Of a stretch of 57,410 nt of DNA, positions 19,043 through 27,707 are shown in pieces. The position numbers and the translations under genes are program-made. Source of the DNA: a candidate division WOR-3 bacterium (GTDB taxonomy: Bacteria; Hydrothermota; Hydrothermia; WGAB01); assembly GCA_027069855.1 (NCBI GenBank), contig JALXEF010000086.1, forward strand, positions 1 through 57,410, read 5' to 3'. The first letter of the stretch is position 1; each line of letters starts with the position of its first letter. Below the pieces are notes generated by a model. It saw only the letters and a program-made list of their open reading frames with translations. It made no database searches and was not told the DNA's origin.

Positions 19043-20763
19043 AGATGCCCCGCTGGACCGGGAATCCCTTTGTGGATGCGGGCTTAGCGGCCATTGCAGC
19101 TGTCACGGAGAAAGATTTGTCCGCCCTAGAGCCCGACGACTTGGCCCACGCCGCTCGAGAACTGCGGCGCGTCTTGCTCAGCGACCAGGCGCTGGGGGTG
19201 GGGGTGAAAAAGGCCTTCGTTAAAGGCGCACTCTCACAACTCTTTCCTAATAGCGAGCTGGTCAATCCATCCAATTGGAGAGGGAAAACCCCCGAGGAAA
19301 GGGTTGAAAATGTCAGGCGGAAATTTCAGGAAGGGCTGCACCAGGATCTGGAGCGAGCCAGACAAAGTCTGACTCAACAAGGCGATTCGATCTGTCTCAT
19401 TTGTGGCCGTAAGGTTCCAAAAGAAGCTACTGTCCTCGTCCGCAAAGACAGGTTCCCCCTGCTGGCTGGGATCGTGAATTTCTACCCCGCGTTCACCCAC
19501 GGTGTTTCCATGTGCGGTCTTTGCGCTTTCGCTATCCGTTTCCTGCCCATGGCCGTGATGCGCACAGGTGTCTCTAACAGGCTCTGGTTCCTGCACGTGC
19601 AGGAACTGCCCATCGCCGCTGCAATCTCCAGGCGCTACGGCTGGGAGCATTTTAACAGGACTATTGCCGCCAATGAGGCGCTGGACTTCTATAGCGGATG
19701 GGAGACGGCGGGAGACGCGGGTACGGTTTTATATCTGCTCTATGAACTTCTGAGTGGAATGTCTGATCAGTTGCGGCAAATCTACCTGAATCCAACGCCG
19801 ACAACCGCGTATCTGTTTTCCAACGACAACCGAAATCCTTACATCCAGCCTCTTCCCATTCCCAACGATTTGCTCTATTTCCTCGCCAAGCTGCATCTGG
19901 AATCACTGGACGCTTTCAACCGCTTTTGGAGGGAGCTGCTGAAGGTAAAGGGCAATTTAGAAGGACAGGGGCGCAGGGACCGGATCCGGTTTGTGCAAAC
20001 CGTCGCCAACCGTTTGTTACGAGGCGAAGGCATCGTCGGAACTTGCCTAAGGCATGGGGATGACAAGAAGGACCAACCCCCAAAACTTTCGGGAGGTTGG
20101 CTCGGTCATCGGTTGTATCTCAAGGAGGTTAGAAAAATGCCTGAGGGCAAATTGGCCATTTTAGAACGCCTGGGAACAGGAATCGCCCAGAGCGAGGACG
20201 CCAGAAAGCGGATTATGGAACTCCGGCAGGCAGATCGAAGGGATCTCTACGGGCTCTTTCTGCGCTATGTTCGGGAAGGGTGGCTCAAATATGAGGAGTT
20301 TTACACACTCCTTCCCCCAAACGAGGACGCCTCGGCCAGCGAACTCAGGGATGTGCTGCTGGCAATCATCTACGAGTGGCTGGATTGCCAGGAGCAGGGT
20401 AGGGAGTTCCCGTCCCCCATCGCCGAACCCTCGACTTTGAGCACAGACGAGATGCTCCGGAAAATTGAGCAAATCGGCGAGAGACTGCATCGGGAGTTAC
20501 CCAATGTCTCCCGCTGGATCGGTCAACTCCAGACGGCCAGGACATCTGAACATGTTCGAAGGGTTTATCTCCTGGCGGTGCAGCGGGGAGCCCTGAGCTT
20601 CTCCGATTTCATCTTCCTTGCCCCGCTGGGTGACCGGCAGGGGTTGTGGCTCCTGCGGGATTACTTGCTGGCCTTTTTGTTTGATCGAGCAAGAGAGGCA
20701 CTACCTGAAGAGGAAGAGATCGCCGCCGGTGAGGCGGTAAGTGAAGAAAAGGAGGTCATGTGA
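19039..20763 (+). CDS. cas8b1: Type I-B large subunit Cas8b1/Cst1 (CXXC-CXXC)
   Basis: WTGNPFVDAG, FPNS...N, CLICG, FPL....NF, CGLC. Confidence 0.88.
   Translation: MKMPRWTGNPFVDAGLAAIAAVTEKDLSALEPDDLAHAARELRRVLLSDQALGVGVKKAFVKGALSQLFPNSELVNPSNWRGKTPEERVENVRRKFQEGLHQDLERARQSLTQQGDSICLICGRKVPKEATVLVRKDRFPLLAGIVNFYPAFTHGVSMCGLCAFAIRFLPMAVMRTGVSNRLWFLHVQELPIAAAISRRYGWEHFNRTIAANEALDFYSGWETAGDAGTVLYLLYELLSGMSDQLRQIYLNPTPTTAYLFSNDNRNPYIQPLPIPNDLLYFLAKLHLESLDAFNRFWRELLKVKGNLEGQGRRDRIRFVQTVANRLLRGEGIVGTCLRHGDDKKDQPPKLSGGWLGHRLYLKEVRKMPEGKLAILERLGTGIAQSEDARKRIMELRQADRRDLYGLFLRYVREGWLKYEEFYTLLPPNEDASASELRDVLLAIIYEWLDCQEQGREFPSPIAEPSTLSTDEMLRKIEQIGERLHRELPNVSRWIGQLQTARTSEHVRRVYLLAVQRGALSFSDFIFLAPLGDRQGLWLLRDYLLAFLFDRAREALPEEEEIAAGEAVSEEKEVM
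20137..20763 (+). CDS. cas11: Probable in-frame internally translated Cas11
   Basis: Strong AAGGAGGT SD at 20122-20129, 7 nt before the in-frame ATG 20137 inside cas8; helical C-terminal region. Confidence 0.7.
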   Translation: MPEGKLAILERLGTGIAQSEDARKRIMELRQADRRDLYGLFLRYVREGWLKYEEFYTLLPPNEDASASELRDVLLAIIYEWLDCQEQGREFPSPIAEPSTLSTDEMLRKIEQIGERLHRELPNVSRWIGQLQTARTSEHVRRVYLLAVQRGALSFSDFIFLAPLGDRQGLWLLRDYLLAFLFDRAREALPEEEEIAAGEAVSEEKEVM

Positions 20764-20764
20764 A

Positions 20765-21850
20765 ATGGCGTACCCGGTGTTAACCGGTTCCGTGCTGGTG
20801 GAGGCCAACGGCGCCGCCCTGAACAATGCGGGGCTGGCAGAAGGGGCACGAGTGGAAAACCGTGTCGTGGTCAAGCAGATTCGCCTCGGCCGGCTTCGCT
20901 TTCCCTACGTTTCGGGACAGGCATGGCGGCGCTGGTGGCGGGAGGTGCTGTACTCCGACTTCGGCTGGACCCCCAGCGAGGTCATCCGTCAGGCGAAGAG
21001 CGCTTACACAAAAGGTAATCCCATCGCGCACGAGGAGGACGACCTCTTCGGCTACATGGCCGCTCGCAAGCGGCGGCGAGGACGGCGAGGGGCTGAGGAG
21101 AGTGAAGAGACGGCAGAGGGAGTAACGGGGACGAACCGACGTATTTCTCCTCTCAAAAATAGCCTCCTGATCTCTGTTCTGCCCAATGTCATTACCTCCG
21201 ACTTCGGCCATTTCTCCCGCAACTTGCCGCCGGATGCGGACATCATCCCTTTCGAGGCTGAACATTACACGACCTACTTGCAAGGTGTGTTTACCATCTC
21301 GCTTTCCGACGTGGGGCGCTTTGTGGTAGGGGAGATGGCCGACCTCTCAGATGAGATCGTTAATGCCCACAGGGATCGGTTGGAACAGGATCCTAACAAC
21401 GACCGGACCTACTGGCTTCCGAAGGAGGAACGGATCAGGCGGGTCCAGGATGTCATCAAGGCCCTGGGGCGCTTGCGAGGCGGAGCCCACCTTGCCCGCA
21501 ACCTCTCCGATGTCACGCCAATGGTTGTGCTGGTAGGTTTTCTCGACGGAGGAAACGCTCCCTTCCAGCGCCTCTTTGATCCGGACGAGAACAATGAGCG
21601 GGTTCGCCTAAACCTGAAGCGGCTGAAGTCGGTCCTTTCCGACTACAAAGACCGCCTTCTGGGCGGGGAAGGCAAGCCTCTCTTTTTCGGCTATCGCCCC
21701 ACCGTGCTGGCGAACGAGGAGGAAGTCCTGGCTGCGTTCCAGAACGAGGCCCCCTTCAACGAATGCATAGAGATTGCGGGTACGCCCCAGCAAGCGCTGG
21801 AGAGAGCAGCCGCGATGGTTCCCAAGACCTTTGAGAAGTATGTCTCCTGA
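20765..21850 (+). CDS. cas7: Type I-B Cas7/Cst2/DevR
   Basis: ALNNAG, PYVSGQAWRRW.RE, DDLFGYM.A, R.SPLK.S, GGA......DVTP. Confidence 0.93.
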   Translation: MAYPVLTGSVLVEANGAALNNAGLAEGARVENRVVVKQIRLGRLRFPYVSGQAWRRWWREVLYSDFGWTPSEVIRQAKSAYTKGNPIAHEEDDLFGYMAARKRRRGRRGAEESEETAEGVTGTNRRISPLKNSLLISVLPNVITSDFGHFSRNLPPDADIIPFEAEHYTTYLQGVFTISLSDVGRFVVGEMADLSDEIVNAHRDRLEQDPNNDRTYWLPKEERIRRVQDVIKALGRLRGGAHLARNLSDVTPMVVLVGFLDGGNAPFQRLFDPDENNERVRLNLKRLKSVLSDYKDRLLGGEGKPLFFGYRPTVLANEEEVLAAFQNEAPFNECIEIAGTPQQALERAAAMVPKTFEKYVS

Positions 21851-21871
21851 GCAGAGGGAGGTGAGGAAACC

Positions 21872-22090
21872 TTGAGAACAATACAGATTGATCTGCCGCC
21901 CGAGGTTTCGGAAGAGGAAGTTCGATTCCTTTTGGCCCTCAAGCTTTACGAGCTTGGCCGTTTGAGCCTGGGCCAGGCCGCGAAGTTGGCCGGTTACTCG
22001 AAGCGGACCTTCATCGAGCTGCTGGGAAAACACGGCGTCCCTGTGGTCGCCTACTCCGCTGAGGAGTTGCGCGAGGAAGTTGAAGGATGA
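21872..22090 (+). CDS. UPF0175 family HTH antitoxin
   Basis: LALKLYELGRLSLGQAAKLAG.S...F.ELL...GV; TTG start with SD. Confidence 0.88.
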   Translation: MRTIQIDLPPEVSEEEVRFLLALKLYELGRLSLGQAAKLAGYSKRTFIELLGKHGVPVVAYSAEELREEVEG

Positions 22091-22539
22091 AGGAGCCGGC
22101 GGTTGCGGACAGCACATGCCTCATCGGTCTGGAGCGCATCGGGCGTCTTGACATCTTGCAGGCGCTGTTTGAGCCTCTGGTCATACCGCCCAAGGTTCAG
22201 GAGGAGTTTGGGGTGGCGATCGAGTGGATCGAAGTGGAACCACCTTCTAACCGGATGTTGGTAGATGCCCTGAAGTTGATGGTAGACGAGGGGGAAGCGG
22301 AAGCAATCGCTTTGGCGATGGAAAAGGGTTGGCCGCTGGTTGTGGACGATCGTAAAGCCAGAGCGTGGGCGAAACGTTTGGGCATTCGGGTGATCGGCAC
22401 GGCGGGGATTTTGGTCCGCGCGAAGCGGGAGGGTGTTATTCCGGCGGTTAAGCCGTTGATAGAAGCGTTGCAACAAGTGGGCTTTCGTCTGGGCACTGAG
22501 CTTGTGAGCGAGATGCTGCGCCTTGCGGGGGAGGAGTGA
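22087..22539 (+). CDS. DUF3368 PIN-domain (VapC-like) toxin
   Basis: VADSTCLI, V.EE, D.GEAEAIALA, VDDRKAR, GT.GIL..AK..G; overlaps the antitoxin stop. Confidence 0.9.
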   Translation: MKEPAVADSTCLIGLERIGRLDILQALFEPLVIPPKVQEEFGVAIEWIEVEPPSNRMLVDALKLMVDEGEAEAIALAMEKGWPLVVDDRKARAWAKRLGIRVIGTAGILVRAKREGVIPAVKPLIEALQQVGFRLGTELVSEMLRLAGEE

Positions 22540-22545
22540 AGTATT

Positions 22546-23232
22546 ATGCTGGAAGCCCTTCGTATTACGCTCACCGCGTACACTGCTTCTTTCCGGGTGC
22601 CCCATTTTGTCGGGCACCAGTTAACCCTTCCGGTGCCGCCGCTGTCCACAATTTACGGCTTGATCTCGGCGGCGGTTGGCCGCTGGGTGCTGCCGGAAGA
22701 AGTGGAATGGCTGGCTTATCGGCTCGAGTATGGCGGAAAGCAGATGGACCTGGAGGCCATATGGACGGTGGAACGTAAAAAGCCTCACGAAAGCGCCCGG
22801 TTTGTGACCCGCAATGTCATTCAGCGCGAGTTCCTCGCCTTCCCAGCCTTAACCCTTTACCTGCCCCCGGAGTGGGAGGCACCCTTCCGCCGCCCCCGTT
22901 ACCCCCTCCTGTTGGGTCGGACCCAGGATGTGGCCGGGGTGGAGGAGATCGCTCGGACGGTTTTAGAACCGGTAGATGAGGGCGAAGTTGGAGGCGTTTT
23001 GCTCCCCATGGAGCTGATCAAGATGGCTGAGCGCGGGTCCGCGTGGCTCCACAACCTTCCCGTCGCTTTCACCGAAGAACCGCTGCGCCATCCCCTCCGG
23101 ATGCATATCTTCGGCGTTGTGGATGCCCGTCGTCCGGCACATCTTCGAGGCCCGGAGGGCTGGCTGGTCAGGGATACCCAGACAAGTGCTATTGTGCCGA
23201 TATATCGGCGGGAATGGGTCCAGGGCGAATAG
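22546..23232 (+). CDS. cas5: Type I-B Cas5
   Basis: TASFRVPH, TLPVPPLSTIYGLISAAVG, REFL, P..LGR.QD. Confidence 0.93.
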   Translation: MLEALRITLTAYTASFRVPHFVGHQLTLPVPPLSTIYGLISAAVGRWVLPEEVEWLAYRLEYGGKQMDLEAIWTVERKKPHESARFVTRNVIQREFLAFPALTLYLPPEWEAPFRRPRYPLLLGRTQDVAGVEEIARTVLEPVDEGEVGGVLLPMELIKMAERGSAWLHNLPVAFTEEPLRHPLRMHIFGVVDARRPAHLRGPEGWLVRDTQTSAIVPIYRREWVQGE

Positions 23233-23251
23233 AGAGAGGAGGGGAACCGGC

Positions 23252-25522
23252 ATGATCCCTGAGGAGCCGCTGGCGAAATCGGGGGATCGGCCTGTTCCTT
23301 TAACTGAACATTCCCTCCAGGTCGCCCGCTATGCTGCGGCGATGGCAGAAGCTTACCGTGACCACTGGCGGAAGATCCTTGGGGAGGAGTGGACCGAGCG
23401 TCTATGCCAAGCCCTGGTTGTCGCTGCCCTCGTCCATGACCTCGGCAAGGCAGCCAAGGGGTTCCAACGCGCTCTGAATAACCCACGCGCACCCTGGGAA
23501 TTCCGGCACGAGGTTCTCTCCGCTGCACTTCTCTTAAGTCTTGACGATGGTGAAGAGGTGGAACTCGCTGCTGGAGCGGTCCTGACCCACCATCGGGATT
23601 TAGAGGACCAGAAGCTGAGGCAAGATGCTGGATGGGCTCCTTTGCCGGAACCGGATCTGGAGCGGAAGATAAGAGAAAGGTTCCATCAGAAGGCCAGGGA
23701 GATGAAGGCTTTTTGGGAGTGGGTCAGGACTTTCTGGGAAAACCAGACCGAGTTGTCCTCTTGGAATCTTCCCAAGACTCCAGAACTCCTCTTGCCCCCG
23801 ACTCCCTTAATCGAAAAGCTCGAACGAGATCTTTCTCAAGGAGAATTCTTCGAGAGTCCCAAAGCCTTGGCCCTGCTTTTGGCCCGAGGGAACCTCATGG
23901 CAGCGGACCATGCGGTAAGCGCTGGCGTTTCTACCTTTAAAATCCATTTCCCCATCCCCTCCTTTCCGCCCCCACGATCCTTCCAAAAGGAAGTGGGAGA
24001 TCATCGGGGAGACGCCCTTCTGGAGGCACCCACAGGATCGGGGAAGACCATAGCTGCCCTCCGCTGGGCTCTGAACAATCGCAAAGCGGGCGAACGAATC
24101 TTCTATCTTCTCCCTTACCAAGCGAGCATCGAGGCCATGGCGAATACACTGCAAAAGATGTTTAGAAAGGAACACGTGGCTGTTCTTCATGCCCGTGCCT
24201 TAGATTATGCTTTTCGTGAGCACTTTGAATCTACAGGCGAATATGAAACTGCCGTTGAAAAAGCCCGAGAAGAGGTAGAACTGAACCGCCTTGCCCACAA
24301 ACCCATCAAAGTAGCTACACCGTTTCAACTGCTTAGGTGGCTGTTCGGCATCCACCGTTTTGAAATCGGTATCAGCGAGATGGTTGGAGGCCTCTTCATC
24401 TTCGACGAGATCCACGCCTACGATGCGCATACTGTCGCACTAATAGTAGAAATGGTCAAAGTATTGAGGAAGTTGGGGGGACGCTTTCTTTTCATGAGCG
24501 CAACCTTTCCGGAATTCCTCAAAAATCTTCTGCGAGAGGCCTTAAACAATGAACCAGTCGAATTCAGTTTGGGAAAAGGATCAAAAGACGAATGGACTGT
24601 GCACTTTCTTAGACGGGTACGTCATCGTATCCGCTGGCATGAAAAATATCTCGAAGACTTGATTCCAACAGCCATAGATGCGGTTCGGAAAGGTCAGCGG
24701 GTCCTGATCGTGGCCAACCGGGTCACCCAGGCCCAGGAGATTTACCGCCGACTATCTGAGGACCTCAGCGGTGTGCTCCTTTTGCATTCCCGTTTCACCC
24801 GGAGGGACAGAGTTGCCAAGGAAAATACGATTATGAATGCACTCCGTGGTAAAGGCGGAGAGGATGTAAACGTTCTGGTGGCCACCCAGGTGGTGGAAGT
24901 CTCCTTGGACATAAGCTTTGACACGATTTTTACCGAAGTAGCCCCTGTGGACGACCTGCTACAGCGCTTCGGACGGGTAAACCGTTACGGGGAACACCCT
25001 GACGGGGTTGAAGTCCACGTGGCCACTTCTTTTAATGCGGATCGCCTCCGTCCGGTCTATGACCTGGATCGACTTCAAACGACCCTGGAAAGAGCACCTG
25101 GGGACGGCACTCCTTTAACAACGGAAGTAGCTACTTCTTGGGTTCATGCCGTTTACAAGGATGGCTGGACTTCAAAAGAGTGTCAAAAGTTTGAGCAAGC
25201 ACGAGGATCATTCCAGAAAGTCCTTTCCTCACTTCGTCCCCTCCATCATTTTGTTGAGATGGAACAGGAATTCTATGGTTTATTTCAAAGCGTTGAAGTT
25301 CTCCCCGTAAGGCTCTTTAGTGAGTACCACGAGCATTGGAAAAATAAACGCTATCTTTTAGCTCATCAACTCCTGGTCCCCATTTCTCTGGGTACTTTTT
25401 GGAGATTAAATAAAGATGGGAGCCTTATAAAACGTGATAGAATACTGATCGCCAATGTTGCCTATGATTCACAACTCGGTTTGCTTCCTGAAAGGATAGA
25501 TTTAGATGACTCGTTCCTTTGA
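23252..25522 (+). CDS. cas3: Cas3 HD nuclease-helicase
   Basis: AKS..L.EH, HDLGKA, RHE..S, HH, AAD, APTGSGKT, DEIH, MSAT, HSRF, ATQVVEVSLD, QR.GRVNR. Start ATG 23252. Confidence 0.96.
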   Translation: MIPEEPLAKSGDRPVPLTEHSLQVARYAAAMAEAYRDHWRKILGEEWTERLCQALVVAALVHDLGKAAKGFQRALNNPRAPWEFRHEVLSAALLLSLDDGEEVELAAGAVLTHHRDLEDQKLRQDAGWAPLPEPDLERKIRERFHQKAREMKAFWEWVRTFWENQTELSSWNLPKTPELLLPPTPLIEKLERDLSQGEFFESPKALALLLARGNLMAADHAVSAGVSTFKIHFPIPSFPPPRSFQKEVGDHRGDALLEAPTGSGKTIAALRWALNNRKAGERIFYLLPYQASIEAMANTLQKMFRKEHVAVLHARALDYAFREHFESTGEYETAVEKAREEVELNRLAHKPIKVATPFQLLRWLFGIHRFEIGISEMVGGLFIFDEIHAYDAHTVALIVEMVKVLRKLGGRFLFMSATFPEFLKNLLREALNNEPVEFSLGKGSKDEWTVHFLRRVRHRIRWHEKYLEDLIPTAIDAVRKGQRVLIVANRVTQAQEIYRRLSEDLSGVLLLHSRFTRRDRVAKENTIMNALRGKGGEDVNVLVATQVVEVSLDISFDTIFTEVAPVDDLLQRFGRVNRYGEHPDGVEVHVATSFNADRLRPVYDLDRLQTTLERAPGDGTPLTTEVATSWVHAVYKDGWTSKECQKFEQARGSFQKVLSSLRPLHHFVEMEQEFYGLFQSVEVLPVRLFSEYHEHWKNKRYLLAHQLLVPISLGTFWRLNKDGSLIKRDRILIANVAYDSQLGLLPERIDLDDSFL

Positions 25523-26006
25523 GAGCATTAACGCCACGGTCTTTTACGCCTATCAGATTTGCAAGCGGGAGGCCTGGTTCTATTACCACAGGGTGAATCC
25601 TCCCCAGGAGCATCCACTTCTGGATCTGGGGCGCTTGGTCCACGAGACTTCCTACCGTCGATCCCGAAAGGAAATCTTTGTGGATCAGATTCTCAAAATC
25701 GACCTGTTCCAGAAAGAACTTGTGGCCGAGGTCAAACGCTCTTCACGCCACAGGAAAAGCGCCCGCCTGCAACTGGCTTATTATCTTTACTACCTCAAAC
25801 ACGAAAAGGGCCTTGAACTGAAAGGCATCCTTCTATTTCCCAAGGAACGAAGAACAGAAAAACTCGAGTTGACACCGGAACTGGAACGACAAATCGAAGA
25901 TCTTTTACAAGAGATGAAGCAAGTCTTGAGGGCCGAGTTGCCTCCTTCGCCTGTACGGATTCCCCATTGCCGTTCCTGCTCCTTCCTGGAGGTATGTTGG
26001 GGATAG
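25506..26006 (+). CDS. cas4: Cas4 exonuclease
   Basis: CKREAW, G..VHE, ID, EVK, QL.YY, C..CS...C. Confidence 0.95.
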   Translation: MTRSFESINATVFYAYQICKREAWFYYHRVNPPQEHPLLDLGRLVHETSYRRSRKEIFVDQILKIDLFQKELVAEVKRSSRHRKSARLQLAYYLYYLKHEKGLELKGILLFPKERRTEKLELTPELERQIEDLLQEMKQVLRAELPPSPVRIPHCRSCSFLEVCWG

Positions 26007-26009
26007 CCC

Positions 26010-27008
26010 ATGAAGCGCGTCATCTATATCTTCAGCAACGGCTGGCTCAAACGGGAAGGCAACACCCTCGTTTTGATCGGGGAGGAAGACGAACCCAAGA
26101 AAGTGATCCCCATTGAAGTGGTGGAAGAGATCCGGGTATTCTCCGAACTCACGACAAATAAACGCCTCCTGGAGTTCCTGACCCAGAAACATATCCCCAT
26201 GCATTTTTTCAACCATCACGGTTACTATATGGGCACTTACTACCCCAGGGAATACATGAACTCCGGGCTGATCACCTTGAAACAGGCGGAGCATTTCTTA
26301 AATCCCGAGTGGCGCATGGAGTTGGCCCGTGCGTTCGTGTACGGTGCCATTTCAAATATGCTCTTCGTCCTCCGTACCTATAGCTCCCGGGGCCGGGACC
26401 TGAGTTTCCAGATCCATGCACTGGAAAAGCAACTGTCCAAAATCCCGGATGCCGAAGCCCCTGCCGAACTCATGGCTGTGGAAGGACATGCCCGGGACCT
26501 GTACTACACGGCCTTTGACCTGATCACCCAAAACCCTGATTTTTCCTTTGAAACACGCACACGGCGGCCTCCTGCCAACCGAATGAATGCATTGATTTCC
26601 TTCGGGAACTCGCTTCTCTATGTAACAGCCCTCTCAGAAATTTATCGAACCCATCTGGACCCAAGAATCGGCTATCTTCATCAAACCAACGAAAGGAGTT
26701 TTTCCCTGAACTTGGATCTGGCAGAGATCTTCAAGCCCCTGATCGTGGACAGGACCATCTTCTCGCTCATCAACCGAGCAGAGATCAACACAGGCGACTT
26801 CCACGAAGAATTGGGCGGAATCTACCTTAAAGAGGCCGGGCGCAAGAAATTTATCCAGGCCTTTGAAAAGAGGCTCGCCGAAACCCTGACCCATAAACGC
26901 CTGAGGAGGAAGGTTTCTTATCGCCGATTGATTCGACTGGAATGCTACAAACTTTACAGACACTTCCTTGGAGAAGAAGATTACTTTCCCTACATACGGA
27001 CCCGATAA
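26010..27008 (+). CDS. cas1: Type I-B Cas1
   Basis: EG..R..YY, R.RRPP.N..NALISFGN.LLY, LDP.IGYLH, SL.LDLAEIFKP. Confidence 0.97.
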   Translation: MKRVIYIFSNGWLKREGNTLVLIGEEDEPKKVIPIEVVEEIRVFSELTTNKRLLEFLTQKHIPMHFFNHHGYYMGTYYPREYMNSGLITLKQAEHFLNPEWRMELARAFVYGAISNMLFVLRTYSSRGRDLSFQIHALEKQLSKIPDAEAPAELMAVEGHARDLYYTAFDLITQNPDFSFETRTRRPPANRMNALISFGNSLLYVTALSEIYRTHLDPRIGYLHQTNERSFSLNLDLAEIFKPLIVDRTIFSLINRAEINTGDFHEELGGIYLKEAGRKKFIQAFEKRLAETLTHKRLRRKVSYRRLIRLECYKLYRHFLGEEDYFPYIRTR

Positions 27009-27275
27009 ATGTTCGTGATTCTGGTTTATGATGCAGCCGAAAGAAGGGTGCAGAAATTTCATAGAATTTGCAGAAGGTATCTAACCTGGGTGCAACTTTC
27101 TGTGTTTGAGGGAGAACTTTCCAGAGCCCAGTTGGAGCGGCTATTGGCAGAATTGAAAGCCGTTATGGATGAGGAGGAAGATTCCATCATCGTCTACACC
27201 TTTCGGACACTACATTACTTTAAAAGACAGGTGATCGGGAAAAGCAAGGGGAATCCCGAAGAGCTGTTCTGGTAA
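27009..27275 (+). CDS. cas2: Cas2
   Basis: VILVYD, RV.K....RRYL.WVQ.SVFEGE, DS.IVY. Confidence 0.96.
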   Translation: MFVILVYDAAERRVQKFHRICRRYLTWVQLSVFEGELSRAQLERLLAELKAVMDEEEDSIIVYTFRTLHYFKRQVIGKSKGNPEELFW

Positions 27276-27582
27276 AGCGCGGCGTGGGGTCTATCTGTCG
27301 ATTGTCGTTAAGTGTTTCTGCTGCGTGTGTTCTCCGAGGAGCGCACATTGGTAAGGGCTTATCCTGTGGCGAGGGGGATAGAGTTTGGTTTTTAGGAGAA
27401 CCTTGGGAGCGGCACGGACAGAGCGAGCCCCCAGCTCTCAAGAGTCCACCATACCGGAGCTATCGGATCCATCACTGTCTGCATTGACCGGGTCCCAGGT
27501 CGGTCCAGATCCTCTCTCAACAGGCCGCCATACGGAGCTATGAGAGTTCCTAAGACCAGCAGCCAACCGCAAAAGTAGGGGG

Positions 27583-27707
27583 TGCCGCCGGATCCCCTGG
27601 GGATTCTGCACCACCGAGGGTTCAGCGGCAAAACCGCGGGAAAGGTGCATTGCAAAACTCCCAGAACTGCTGTATTCTCAAGGCACAGACCATATAGGAG
27701 CTACTTG
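27583..27707 (+). promoter_or_regulatory. CRISPR leader with inverted repeat and promoter
   Basis: Imperfect IR TGCCGCCGGATCCC...GGGTTCAGCGGCA (27583-27630); TTGCAA-17 nt-TATTCT (27650-27678); directly before the first repeat. Confidence 0.75.
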
